A DNA stretch of 64,000 nucleotides from assembly GCA_016186365.1 (NCBI GenBank), contig JACPLT010000001.1, forward strand, positions 13,231 through 77,230, in the 5' to 3' direction. The notes under the pieces are model-generated. The model saw nothing but the letters and a program-made list of their open reading frames with translations, had not been told where the DNA came from and ran no database searches. The first letter of the stretch is position 1; each line of letters begins with the position of its first letter. A program made the position numbers and the translations under genes. This stretch comes from Candidatus Pacearchaeota archaeon. GTDB taxonomy: Archaea > Nanobdellota > Nanobdellia > Pacearchaeales > GW2011-AR1. Positions 1 to 8,967 of the stretch are shown here, piece by piece.

Positions 1-292
1 TTAGTTTTTCCATTTCGTTTATATCTAAAGCTAAAATCTCTTCAGGAGTAGAAGCAATCTGAAACAAATTATTAGATGCTTTTTCAGTATTTTTATCTTG
101 AGTTCTAAGAGAAAGAAGGCAGGAAATTAGTATTTTGAAAGCTTCAGAGTTGCTTACTCTTTGGTTCTGCTTCATCCTGTTTAAGGTAGTTCTCTCTGAA
201 AAAGCGAAATGCTTTTTCAGTATTTGCATTATTGATTCTATTTTTTCCATAATCAGTTGTAAATAAAGAATTATCAAGATATATAAAAATTT

Positions 293-766
293 CTAAATCC
301 CTGAAAATTGATCTTTCCAGTGTTCTAATTCTTCTGAAGATATCTCTCTGTCTTCTTTTGAGATTTCTCCTGCAGCAGGAATTGATTCTTCTAAAGCTTT
401 TAGCTGCGCTTCCCATCCTCCAGGGCGATATGCCATAATTCTAAAATTCCCATATTTTTCATCTCTAATCCCGCATGAAATTTCCTCAGTATTTCCAAAG
501 TCGCTTTCTGCAAGAAACACTTTTTCAGGAGAGCCATCTACTTCATAAAGAACATGGATGTTCAATCCATCTCCCAAAAGATATGATAAAACACAACCTA
601 CATGCAATTTTTCAGAATGATAAGTAAATTCCTTAAAGTCAGAAGTATTAACTTTTTTTCCTAATTTTTGCGCCACGTTAATGCATCTTGCTATAAGCCC
701 AGATGCTGAAATTTGATTTCTAATCATTTCCACTTTTCTGATTAATTCTGATTGTTTCATATTCAA
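293..766 (-). CDS. hypothetical protein (157 aa)
   Basis: Intact ORF with ordinary amino-acid composition; no motif I recognise. The overlapping 144..416 ORF is low-complexity and Arg/Lys-rich, so it was not called. Confidence 0.35.
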   Translation of the reverse strand: MNMKQSELIRKVEMIRNQISASGLIARCINVAQKLGKKVNTSDFKEFTYHSEKLHVGCVLSYLLGDGLNIHVLYEVDGSPEKVFLAESDFGNTEEISCGIRDEKYGNFRIMAYRPGGWEAQLKALEESIPAAGEISKEDREISSEELEHWKDQFSGI

Positions 767-884
767 TAGAACTTAAAATTGTTTATATACATTATTATAT
801 TACAGAATATATTTTAAATGACCCCGAGGTTCAGAAAATTCTTAATTTTCTGACTGCTCAAAAATCTTTGATTTTTGACAGATA

Positions 885-959
885 TGACCCCGAAGGGATT
901 TGAACCCTCGACAACCGGATTAAGAGTCCGGTGCTCTAACCAGGCTGAGCTACGGAGCC
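885..959 (-). tRNA. tRNA-Lys (anticodon CTT)
   Basis: Minus-strand read GGCTCCG-TA-GCTC-AGCCTGGTTA-GAGC-A-CCGGA-CTCTTAA-TCCGG-TTGTC-GAGGG-TTCAAAT-CCCTT-CGGGGTC-A. 7-bp acceptor stem with two G-U pairs, D arm, 5-bp anticodon stem, 7-nt loop with CTT at 34-36, T-loop TTCAAAT. No encoded CCA. Confidence 0.8.
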
Positions 960-1057
960 GTAGCTCAGGAAATAATCATATATTTAAAAAGATGATGGAA
1001 CACTCTCTAAGGCTTCTTTCCAAGAATAAACTCTAGTTATATTAAGCGGGAAAGAAG

Positions 1058-1546
1058 TTGCTAGAAACTCCTAATAACATTTATAAATTGACTAAGACTT
1101 TAATATTTATGAATATCTTTATTAGTATCTATGAAATTATTCTCCCTAATATTTGGATTTCTTATTTGTGTATTTTTGGATGGTTTATTTTGTTAATATA
1201 CTCTTTTTTGTTAGACATTAAAATATTAAGAGGCAGAGGTTTTATTAAAAAGAAGAATGGAAAATTTGAATCGCCTTTTCTTATGATTCCTAGATTTATT
1301 CTAATTGTTATACTCCATATTTTTTTATCAGTATTTTCTCTTCCAGCACTTGTAAAAATATTTGACTATAATTATTTTTGGATTCCTTGGGTGTTCATGC
1401 TCTTTTCTCAAATCTTATTGCACACTATTTTATTAGGCACTCCAAATCGGTCAATTTTAATGGGAGTTCATACGAGCAGGTTTTATATTCAAATTGAATT
1501 TGCAGATAAAATTGGAAGGAGATTAGATAGAATTTTTGGAAAATAA
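1058..1546 (+). CDS. hypothetical multi-pass membrane protein (162 aa)
   Basis: Several hydrophobic helices. AT-rich ORF, no motif. Confidence 0.3.
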   Translation: MLETPNNIYKLTKTLIFMNIFISIYEIILPNIWISYLCIFGWFILLIYSFLLDIKILRGRGFIKKKNGKFESPFLMIPRFILIVILHIFLSVFSLPALVKIFDYNYFWIPWVFMLFSQILLHTILLGTPNRSILMGVHTSRFYIQIEFADKIGRRLDRIFGK

Positions 1547-1604
1547 CTTGTGGAGTGTTTTATAGTTTAAAAAGATTTATTAATTCCAAATATCTATAAA
1601 TATT

Positions 1605-1778
1605 ATGGCAATTCCTGCAAGAGAATTTTCTGAATATTGTGAAAGAGATAAACAAGACACGCAAAGAGAGTTACATAAACAAGCAGACAGAGAAGTAAAT
1701 GGCGACCCCGACTATTGGGCAGCATTCAGCGAAGAAATTGATGAACATCCTATTGGTGTTCCTAGAACAATGAGATAA
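1605..1778 (+). CDS. small ORF (57 aa), hypothetical
   Basis: ATG..TAA ORF in a locally GC-richer stretch (MAIPAREFSEYCERDKQDTQRELHKQADREVNGDPDYWAAFSEEIDEHPIGVPRTMR). Not in the supplied track because it is under 60 aa. Confidence 0.25.
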   Translation: MAIPAREFSEYCERDKQDTQRELHKQADREVNGDPDYWAAFSEEIDEHPIGVPRTMR

Positions 1779-1820
1779 AATGGAAGATAAATTGCTTTTT
1801 TATTTGTATTCTCGTTAGAT

Positions 1821-2570
1821 TTAAATTTTGACTATTTTTTTCTGTATATCAGTTGTGATAATTAGCTTGTTTTCTCTTGAAATGTAAAAATTAATTTCAC
1901 TTCTCACTCCAAAATTGCCTTTTAAATAAATGCCTGGTTCAATAGTATACCCTAGATTTTTTATTAAAACCCCTAAATTTTTATGATGTAGGGATTTATA
2001 TCTTCCATGACAGGAAATCGTGCCTATTGCATGACCTGTTTTATGACAGATATTTTTCTCATAACCTTCAGAAATAATTATTGTTCTTGTTGACAAGTCT
2101 GCATTTTTAAGAGAAACAAGCTTTTTTCTCTTTAGGTTTGATTTAATTAAGTTTATGCAAGAATTTCTTGCCTTGATTATTGTATTAAATGCTTTGGACA
2201 TTTTTTCAGGTATTTTATCTCCATAATAAGCCATCCAAGTTATATCTGAAAATGGCGCATCTTTCTGTTTTAACTTACTCCAAATATCTATTAGAACTAA
2301 AGAATTAGGAGTTAGGAGCTTTGATTTCTTCTTTGGAAAGTAATGGGGAATTGCAGAATGTTCATTAAATGCGACAATTGGAGGATTTTTGTCAGGTTTT
2401 AAGTTTAATATATCAAATCTTTTTAAAATAAATTGCTGAACTTCAAATTCTGAAACATGGTTTTTATTTTTTCTTATAAAATTAAAAGTTTCTTCTTTAA
2501 TTTGATTTAGTTTCTTAGAGGCATTAACATGAAGATTGATTTGTTTCTTTTTTCTCAGAACTATAAACTT
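1821..2570 (-). CDS. M24-family metallopeptidase (Xaa-Pro/Met aminopeptidase-like catalytic domain); no canonical start codon in the upstream open frame
   Basis: Track ORF 1821..2234 carries GHAIG, TIEPGIY and GVRSE (pita-bread His/Glu/Glu ligands). The same frame stays open upstream to 2570 and encodes IPHY, LVLIDIW and FSDITW (His and both Asp ligands). No ATG/GTG/TTG lies between the stop at 2571-2573 and the Met at 2234. Confidence 0.5.
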   Translation of the reverse strand, partial: KFIVLRKKKQINLHVNASKKLNQIKEETFNFIRKNKNHVSEFEVQQFILKRFDILNLKPDKNPPIVAFNEHSAIPHYFPKKKSKLLTPNSLVLIDIWSKLKQKDAPFSDITWMAYYGDKIPEKMSKAFNTIIKARNSCINLIKSNLKRKKLVSLKNADLSTRTIIISEGYEKNICHKTGHAIGTISCHGRYKSLHHKNLGVLIKNLGYTIEPGIYLKGNFGVRSEINFYISRENKLIITTDIQKKIVKI

Positions 2571-2590
2571 CTAAGACTAATGATATGGTT

Positions 2591-2644
2591 ATTTTAAACA
2601 AGAGAGATAGATATATAATTTATTATCTATCTCTTTGTTTTAAA
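2591..2644 (-). terminator. long hairpin (about 20-bp arms) downstream of the hemerythrin-KaiC gene; second 11-bp-stem hairpin at 2655..2700
   Basis: attttaaacaagagagatagata / tatctatctctttgttttaaa inverted repeat with a 10-nt loop, then atttgtctcaa...ttgagacaaat. Placed between two minus-strand genes. Confidence 0.4.
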
Positions 2645-2800
2645 CCTACTTTATTTGTCTCAATTCTATAATTACTAGGGTATTAAGTTTTTGAGACAAA
2701 TAAAAATATAATTAATTAGATTAAGAATATAAGTAATTTTATTAATTATTTTAGGGCTGTTAGTAAATTTATCGTCTAATAATAACCACTAACTCAATGC

Positions 2801-4261
2801 TTATATTTCACTAAAAACTTCCTGTTCAGGATAGACAGTTATCCCATTATCAGAAATAGTAACAGCCACAATTTTCTTTTGATGATTCTCTCCCCTCATT
2901 TTCAAAACTTCTATTCCTTTTTCTCTTACATCTCCTCTCTTGAAATTATAAAATACAATTACTCCATCTGCCAAGAATTCTTCAACTCCTGTCTGTGAGA
3001 ATATTTTAGGAATTTGTTCAGTCTCTGTAATAAGTAAATTAGTTGAGCCAAGCTTTTCAAAAAATCTAAACAACTGCTCAATATAAATTCTATAGCTATC
3101 TTCTTTTCCAGTAAAAGCCGATGCAATAGCAGTAAGTGAATCAATAGCAACAAAATCAGGTTTAAAATCAGTAGGCATTATTACAGGATCAATATCAATT
3201 AATAGTTCCCCTTTTTGCTTAGCAAGAAGAGCATCAACATTTCTTGTAATATCAAAGGGATTCATTCTCTGAAGTTTTAACTTTCCTTTTTTTATTAATT
3301 CTTTTGGATTCCAACCAAATTCTTCCATATGCTCAATTAATCTGTCCTCACTTTCCTCAAAGCTCATATAATAGCATTTCTTGCCTTCATTTGCCTTATT
3401 AATAAGTGTTTGAAGGCAAAATATTGTTTTTCCACTTCCAGCACCACCTGCAACAAGCACACTACATCCCTTAGGAATTCCAAGACTAAATAAATCATCA
3501 AATCCAGGAACACCTGTTTTTACTCTTTCCTTTACAAACCTTGTATCTTTTTCATTCATATTCTGAATAACATGTAAAGCAGGAGCTCTTTGCTCTTTTA
3601 TCTCAGCTTCGTGAGGTTCAATCTTCCCACCCTTTAATTCAGCCTCAATTTCAGATTTTATAGAAGCCATGTCGAATTTAGTATTTTTTGCTTTACCTTT
3701 ATTTTCTTTTTTTTGCTTAGAAGCAGCAAACTCTGCGTACCTATGGTCCTCGATTCCAATATGATTTACAAGCCACTCTCCAAGAAATTTTCTTGCCTTA
3801 TCAACTAATTCTTTTATTTTTCCAGAAACAGGAGCTTTAGAAGAAAAAGCTAATTTTAATTCTTTTTCATAATTAATATAAAATTTAACAAAACTTCTAT
3901 GCATTTCCTTGTGCTCTTCAAGTCCAGGAAAATTAATTTTCTTCATATAGTTTTCTTCATAAGAAAAATTTTCTTTGACATAACTCTCAAAAAAACCCAT
4001 TATCTCTCTAACCAAAGCCAAACTAGCAAAAGATTCCTCTGCTTTAATTAATTTATTAATATATTCAAAAAGTCTTTTATGTTGATTATCAATTTTTTCC
4101 TCATGAACCGAAAGTTTAGAAGTCCAAACAAATTCTTTCCCGGGATTAATACTTATGTTTTTTTTAATATCTTGCTTTTTTAATTTAATAGAAATCTTAT
4201 CCTTTTCTTCCTTTTTTTTAGATTTCACCTCTGTCTTTTTCTTCACCATCTTTTTTACCAT
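2801..4261 (-). CDS. hemerythrin-domain / KaiC(RecA)-like ATPase fusion protein
   Basis: N-terminal Lys-rich tail, then a bacteriohemerythrin-like signature (WTSKLSVHEEKIDNQHKRLFEYIN; ENFSYEENYM...HKEMHRSF; EWLVNHIGIEDHRY). C-terminal RecA/KaiC core with Walker A VAGGAGSGKT and Walker B FVAIDSLT. Confidence 0.65.
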   Translation of the reverse strand: MVKKMVKKKTEVKSKKKEEKDKISIKLKKQDIKKNISINPGKEFVWTSKLSVHEEKIDNQHKRLFEYINKLIKAEESFASLALVREIMGFFESYVKENFSYEENYMKKINFPGLEEHKEMHRSFVKFYINYEKELKLAFSSKAPVSGKIKELVDKARKFLGEWLVNHIGIEDHRYAEFAASKQKKENKGKAKNTKFDMASIKSEIEAELKGGKIEPHEAEIKEQRAPALHVIQNMNEKDTRFVKERVKTGVPGFDDLFSLGIPKGCSVLVAGGAGSGKTIFCLQTLINKANEGKKCYYMSFEESEDRLIEHMEEFGWNPKELIKKGKLKLQRMNPFDITRNVDALLAKQKGELLIDIDPVIMPTDFKPDFVAIDSLTAIASAFTGKEDSYRIYIEQLFRFFEKLGSTNLLITETEQIPKIFSQTGVEEFLADGVIVFYNFKRGDVREKGIEVLKMRGENHQKKIVAVTISDNGITVYPEQEVFSEI

Positions 4262-4300
4262 CTTAATTAATCAAAGAAAACCTTATATTTAAACCTTATT

Positions 4301-4843
4301 TTACTTTTCTTCAATCACCCTATCACAAAACTGAGAAAGCCTGGAAATCATTTCATCATCAGTTTCTTTTTCTAAAGAAATTATTGTTCCCGAGCAATTC
4401 CATTCTTTCATCTTATTTATAAGAAAATGAGAAAACTTTGTTACACTTCCAGTATTATTATAAAAAATTAAAGTTGAGATAGAATCTAAGAATAATAGTC
4501 TATTGTCAGCAGGCAAGCTATTTACTGCACTTGTAGCTGCTATTGAAATATCTGTTAATCCTCGAGGACTTCCTATAAAAATCGCATTTTCCGCTTTTTG
4601 TGTTTTAAAAGACGCAGGGGTTATAGCGTCTATAAAAAAAACATTTTTTGTGTTTATCCTTTCTTGCTGTAAAAGTTTCATCAAAGCCGCATAAGGTTTA
4701 TTTACACTAATATAAACACAATTGTATTTTTTATTATTAATATAATATTTCAGAATTGCGAGATTTGTAATGACATACTTCTTAGCAGAAGTAATAACCA
4801 AAGAAATTTCCCCCTCTTTTAATTCAGAAAATTTTATTACCAT
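4301..4843 (-). CDS. KaiC-like (RecA-fold) protein with degenerate P-loop
   Basis: Paralogous to 12254..12781 and 13222..13749. Retains hhhhDS (LLFLDSIST) but has no GxxxxGK[ST]. Its start ATG overlaps the upstream stop (TAATG at 4841-4845). Confidence 0.55.
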   Translation of the reverse strand: MVIKFSELKEGEISLVITSAKKYVITNLAILKYYINNKKYNCVYISVNKPYAALMKLLQQERINTKNVFFIDAITPASFKTQKAENAIFIGSPRGLTDISIAATSAVNSLPADNRLLFLDSISTLIFYNNTGSVTKFSHFLINKMKEWNCSGTIISLEKETDDEMISRLSQFCDRVIEEK

Positions 4844-5664
4844 TAATACTTACCAACTTTTCTGTTATTTTTAAACTTTGATTCCACTAAAGAGCTTAAT
4901 GATGCATGCGAACTTTGAAGAAGAATATTAAATGCATTTGCCAACTCCCCGATCTCATCTTTTGATTTTTTTAATTTGGTAGGAATCTTTACATCAATAT
5001 TTCCAGAGCCGATATCTTCTGCTATTTCTGTAAGTTTATTGATTGGATTTATCACTCTTAAAAAGAGAATAGAAAGAGCGATTATAACAATCAATAGTTC
5101 CAGCCCAATCACCAAAAATGTAGTGTTTGAGACAGAGCTCAAAATCGCATTGTCCTCTTCTTTTAATATTTCCGAATGCTTGCTGTCAAGGTTCAAAGAA
5201 ATAGTTGAGCTTTCAAAAACATCATCAAAAAGACTATCTGTAGGTATACCTGATTTTCCAGAAAAGTAATCACCCAAAGCGACTGATAAACTTTGAGCAT
5301 CTGATAAAGTTTTCTTGTGTGCACTAAGTTCTTCTGAAATCTCAGTTTGTGTTCTTTTTGACTCTCCATTCTCTATCTCAGAAACAATTTCGCCAAACCT
5401 CAGCACATTATCATTATAGAAAGTATAAAGCTCTTGGTTATGAATAAGGGGGGTATTATTCTCATTTAAATCTGCCTGGAGATGCGCAGAAAGTCCTCTG
5501 ATATTTGCTTCTATCAACACGGCATCGATATTACTTCTTAGAGCAATGTTAATATTCTTCATTGAAGAATTATTCTTCAAAACAAACACAGTTTGAACTG
5601 AAAAAAACACAATAAAAACAATTGATATAACAATAAAGATATTTCTCAATTTCATCTCAAGCAA
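4843..5664 (-). CDS. membrane sensor: 2 TM + periplasmic domain + HAMP, no kinase domain
   Basis: N-terminal TM, about 170-aa extracytoplasmic segment, second TM followed by a HAMP-like amphipathic region (INPINKLTEIAEDIGSGNIDVKIP...DEIGELANAFN). Confidence 0.55.
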   Translation of the reverse strand: MLEMKLRNIFIVISIVFIVFFSVQTVFVLKNNSSMKNINIALRSNIDAVLIEANIRGLSAHLQADLNENNTPLIHNQELYTFYNDNVLRFGEIVSEIENGESKRTQTEISEELSAHKKTLSDAQSLSVALGDYFSGKSGIPTDSLFDDVFESSTISLNLDSKHSEILKEEDNAILSSVSNTTFLVIGLELLIVIIALSILFLRVINPINKLTEIAEDIGSGNIDVKIPTKLKKSKDEIGELANAFNILLQSSHASLSSLVESKFKNNRKVGKY

Positions 5665-5826
5665 TTCCCCCTATTTTTTTCACTTTCTTTTTCATGTTTA
5701 ATATAATAAATCTACTTATTTAAATGCATCTAATCTTTGAGCTGTAAAGTTAAAGGGAGCTAAAAGTCGGTTTGTAGGATTAAGCCATTTAGAAAAATTT
5801 ATAATTAAAGTTCGATTTACTTTAAT

Positions 5827-6195
5827 ATGAAAAAGGGAACATTTCACAATAAATGGTATTTTCGATTGCTTCAAGTAATATTTTTGGGATTTTTCATATT
5901 CTTTATAATTGTAGGTATTCGGGGTATTTTTTACAGAGAGGGTGAGCCATTTGTTGGATTCATCTTCGCAGGCATTTTAGCTATCGTGTACTGGCTAATC
6001 ATGAGAAATAAAGGCTCAATGGGTGGTTTTGTTTTTGGTGTGATGGTGGGTCTTCTTTTATTATTTATAATATCTAAACTTAATCCGGGGGACGAAATAG
6101 CTGGAATAGTGATATTTACCTTATTATTGAGTGGATTATTTTTTGCATTTATAGGTTACTTGATTCAAAATAATTCTTGGAAGAAAAACAAGTAG
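5827..6195 (+). CDS. small membrane protein (4 TM, 122 aa)
   Basis: Hydrophobic helices; no motif. Confidence 0.4.
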   Translation: MKKGTFHNKWYFRLLQVIFLGFFIFFIIVGIRGIFYREGEPFVGFIFAGILAIVYWLIMRNKGSMGGFVFGVMVGLLLLFIISKLNPGDEIAGIVIFTLLLSGLFFAFIGYLIQNNSWKKNK

Positions 6196-6292
6196 CTCGT
6201 TAGAAAAGGTTACCTTTTTGGCCTATTTATTTATACCAAACACCCGCTTACTTTACAGCTCACTAATCTTGATTCAAAACATCATCTCAATA

Positions 6293-7858
6293 TTATTTAT
6301 TTTTTTTCTTTGTTCCCTTAACAAGTTTATCAACAACATCTTTAGCTTCATAGTTCTTAGAAATTGAAGTTAGATTTTCCTTAGATATCTCTCGTATGAA
6401 AGCAAAACCCCCGATTATATTTCCTTTTATATCTTTAATAGGAGACGCTCTGATAACTACTTTTATTTCTTTTCCATTTTTTTTAATAATTGTTATTTCA
6501 AACTCTGATGCCTTACCAGATAGGGAAGTTCTAATACCTGTTTCTGCAAGTTTCAAATCTTTTTTAGCAGTAATATCTGCAGGACTTTTCTTCATTAATT
6601 CTTCTTTATTGCTATATCCAAGAATTTTTACCATAGCTTGATTCACATCTTTTGTATTTCCATTTAAGTCTATTACCCATAATCCCTCGCCCATAGAAGC
6701 AAGAATCTCTTTATTAAATTGTTCAGTTTCCTCTTTCGCTTTTATTATTTCTCCTAATCCAATATCCTCTTTAGAAATTCCTGTCCTTAAAATAGCAAGT
6801 TTCATTGAAGCTAGAATTCTATTAAATGAATCTATCAATAATTGAACTTCATCTATTGTGCTTTTTCCAAGCTGAACATCTAAATTTCCTTTTGTTATTG
6901 AAACAACGTCTGCTGATAGCTTTTCAATCGAATTTGTAATTCCTTTTGAGAAAACCAATATTAAACCAACCATAATTAAAATGCTTATTATTATAGAATA
7001 CACCATAACCATTAAAATATTACGCTGAATCTTAAACACTTTATTTGATGGTTCAAGATAAACAATCACACCATAATCCAACTTCTTAAAACTCACAACA
7101 TCACTTTCAAATATAAATGTTTCAGATAGTATATTATTTTTAATTTTATTATTTATTAACTCAATAAGTTTATCATGTTTTTCAGCAGGATTAGATTTGT
7201 CTAAATTATTTCTCGTATCTATAGTGAGATTTCCTTCTCTGTCTAGAAAGAGAGTATGACTTTCTTTATCTGAATCAATAAGTCCATTAAAGAGGGAATT
7301 GAGCGAGATAGAAGATAGAACAAACCCCTCCATTCTGTTTTGAGAGAAGATTGGCACATTAACTGTTATAGCAGGTTTATTATCCACTAAGCTTATGAAA
7401 GAAGCAGAGACATATGGCTTTTGAGTTTTTAAAATTCCCTTGCAATAATCCCTATAAGTAAAATTAAGGTTTTTTAAATTAGGTATTGAATTAGTAACTC
7501 TTTTGTCAGCAACAATTACCTTGCAATTCTCATCCATTATAGACATAGTTTGGAATAAATTACTTGATCCGACTATTACATCAAACTCCTGACTTATATC
7601 ATTCAAAGTTTCATTATCCGGATTAATCGTGACTTTGATGTATTTTTCATCGTTTGCAAGATTTTGAAGCCTGCCCATAACTGTATCAAGATACACTTCA
7701 ACTATTTTAGATTTAGTTTCTATAATCTTTTGAGCTACAACATTTTGACTTTCTACAACAATCTTCTTTGTTATAATCCCCACAGATATAACCAGAAACA
7801 GTGAAACTAAGAGGAGTGAAAGTATGATTATTATCATCAATTTTATCCTTAATTTCAT
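6293..7858 (-). CDS. membrane sensor protein: Cache-like extracellular domain + HAMP + C-terminal PAS, no kinase output
   Basis: N-terminal TM, about 250-aa extracellular region, second TM (MVMVYSIIISILIMVGLILVF), HAMP-like linker, PAS-like C-terminus (GEGLWVIDLNGNTKDVNQAMVKILGY...). No H-box or HATPase motifs. Confidence 0.55.
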   Translation of the reverse strand: MKLRIKLMIIIILSLLLVSLFLVISVGIITKKIVVESQNVVAQKIIETKSKIVEVYLDTVMGRLQNLANDEKYIKVTINPDNETLNDISQEFDVIVGSSNLFQTMSIMDENCKVIVADKRVTNSIPNLKNLNFTYRDYCKGILKTQKPYVSASFISLVDNKPAITVNVPIFSQNRMEGFVLSSISLNSLFNGLIDSDKESHTLFLDREGNLTIDTRNNLDKSNPAEKHDKLIELINNKIKNNILSETFIFESDVVSFKKLDYGVIVYLEPSNKVFKIQRNILMVMVYSIIISILIMVGLILVFSKGITNSIEKLSADVVSITKGNLDVQLGKSTIDEVQLLIDSFNRILASMKLAILRTGISKEDIGLGEIIKAKEETEQFNKEILASMGEGLWVIDLNGNTKDVNQAMVKILGYSNKEELMKKSPADITAKKDLKLAETGIRTSLSGKASEFEITIIKKNGKEIKVVIRASPIKDIKGNIIGGFAFIREISKENLTSISKNYEAKDVVDKLVKGTKKKNK

Positions 7859-8502
7859 ACTTCATCTCCTCCAATAATATAAAGGGCAATTCCTACTAAA
7901 ACAAAAAGAATAGAAGCATTTAATGCTAGAGCCTTACTAAAACCTTCAAAAGAATAATAAAGAAAGGGCTGACTGATAGCATATCCAATAAGAGCAATCG
8001 CGGAGATTACTACAACAATTACTCCCAACATTCTAATCGCTTTAGATTTTAAAGGGAAAAACCATAGAAAACCCGCAATTCCTATTAAAATAAAGTTAAT
8101 AATCGCTCCAATTGAAGGCATTCCTGGAGAGACAGTTTTTACCGCTCCAGATGCCTCATTTATAAAAGTATTTTCAATTCCAAGACTAATTCCTAAAAAA
8201 GAAGATATAAGCAAAAGCCCCATGATTAAAATTATCAACGTTAAACCAATCAGAACAATAACATTATTCAAATCCATATTCCCAGAAATCTTTAACATAA
8301 ACAAAAGCATTATCCCGGAAAATAAGAAAGAAACTGCTGCCAAAAACCTCATCTCAACCATTCCAGGAAAAAAGCTTTTTAAGATTGGAATGTTAAAAAT
8401 CCATCCAAAAATAACAACTACAGCACTTATTATAACAATTCCTGCAATTATTCTTACAGCAAGCTGTTTATTGTTTGATTGTTTATTTATTTTTTCACCC
8501 AT
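7855..8502 (-). CDS. multi-pass membrane protein (215 aa)
   Basis: 6-7 hydrophobic helices. 4-nt overlap with the downstream sensor gene. Confidence 0.5.
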   Translation of the reverse strand: MGEKINKQSNNKQLAVRIIAGIVIISAVVVIFGWIFNIPILKSFFPGMVEMRFLAAVSFLFSGIMLLFMLKISGNMDLNNVIVLIGLTLIILIMGLLLISSFLGISLGIENTFINEASGAVKTVSPGMPSIGAIINFILIGIAGFLWFFPLKSKAIRMLGVIVVVISAIALIGYAISQPFLYYSFEGFSKALALNASILFVLVGIALYIIGGDEV

Positions 8503-8517
8503 TTTTCACCTGTTTTA

Positions 8518-8937
8518 TCATTTTCTTTCTCCCAAAACTCTTTTTATTTCATCGGTAAATTTTTTGTAATCTAAGGGCTTCTGTATAAATCCATCCACTA
8601 AAAATAATTTTTCAATTTCATTTTTAGGAACAATTGTGCAAAAAAGCATTTTAGGGCTTCCCTTTGCATCTTTTTTCATTAATTCTGCAGTCTCTTCACC
8701 ATTTAAGCCAGGCATCATGATATCTAAAATAACCAAATCATAATTTATAGTCTTTGCAAGAATAACTGCCTTTCTTGAATCTTGTTCTGCTGTTGCTTCA
8801 TAACCCTCTCTCTCAACTATATTTTTCATTGTAGTTAAAACATCTGCTTCATCATCAACAATAAGAATCTTTATTTTTGACTTTCTTTCTCCCATTTTCA
8901 TTTCTTTTACTGATAAACCTCTTTTTTTCTTCATCAT
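8518..8937 (-). CDS. stand-alone CheY-like response-regulator receiver
   Basis: KILIVDDE...DLVILDIMMPGLNG...GFIQKPLD. True start probably an internal Met (MKMGERKSKIKILIV). Confidence 0.8.
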   Translation of the reverse strand: MMKKKRGLSVKEMKMGERKSKIKILIVDDEADVLTTMKNIVEREGYEATAEQDSRKAVILAKTINYDLVILDIMMPGLNGEETAELMKKDAKGSPKMLFCTIVPKNEIEKLFLVDGFIQKPLDYKKFTDEIKRVLGERK

Positions 8938-8967
8938 TTTATTTTATTAACCCTCTTTCTTTTAAAT

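Noticed and set aside
144-416. 90-aa ORF
   Set aside because: Low-complexity Arg/Lys/Ser-rich translation overlapping the better 293..766 ORF in another frame; likely spurious.
942-968. Second tRNA on the plus strand (ccgtagctcagg looks like a tRNA 5' end)
   Set aside because: ggctgagctacggagccgtagctcagg is an imperfect palindrome formed by the acceptor and D arms of the minus-strand tRNA-Lys. No anticodon or T arm follows on the plus strand.
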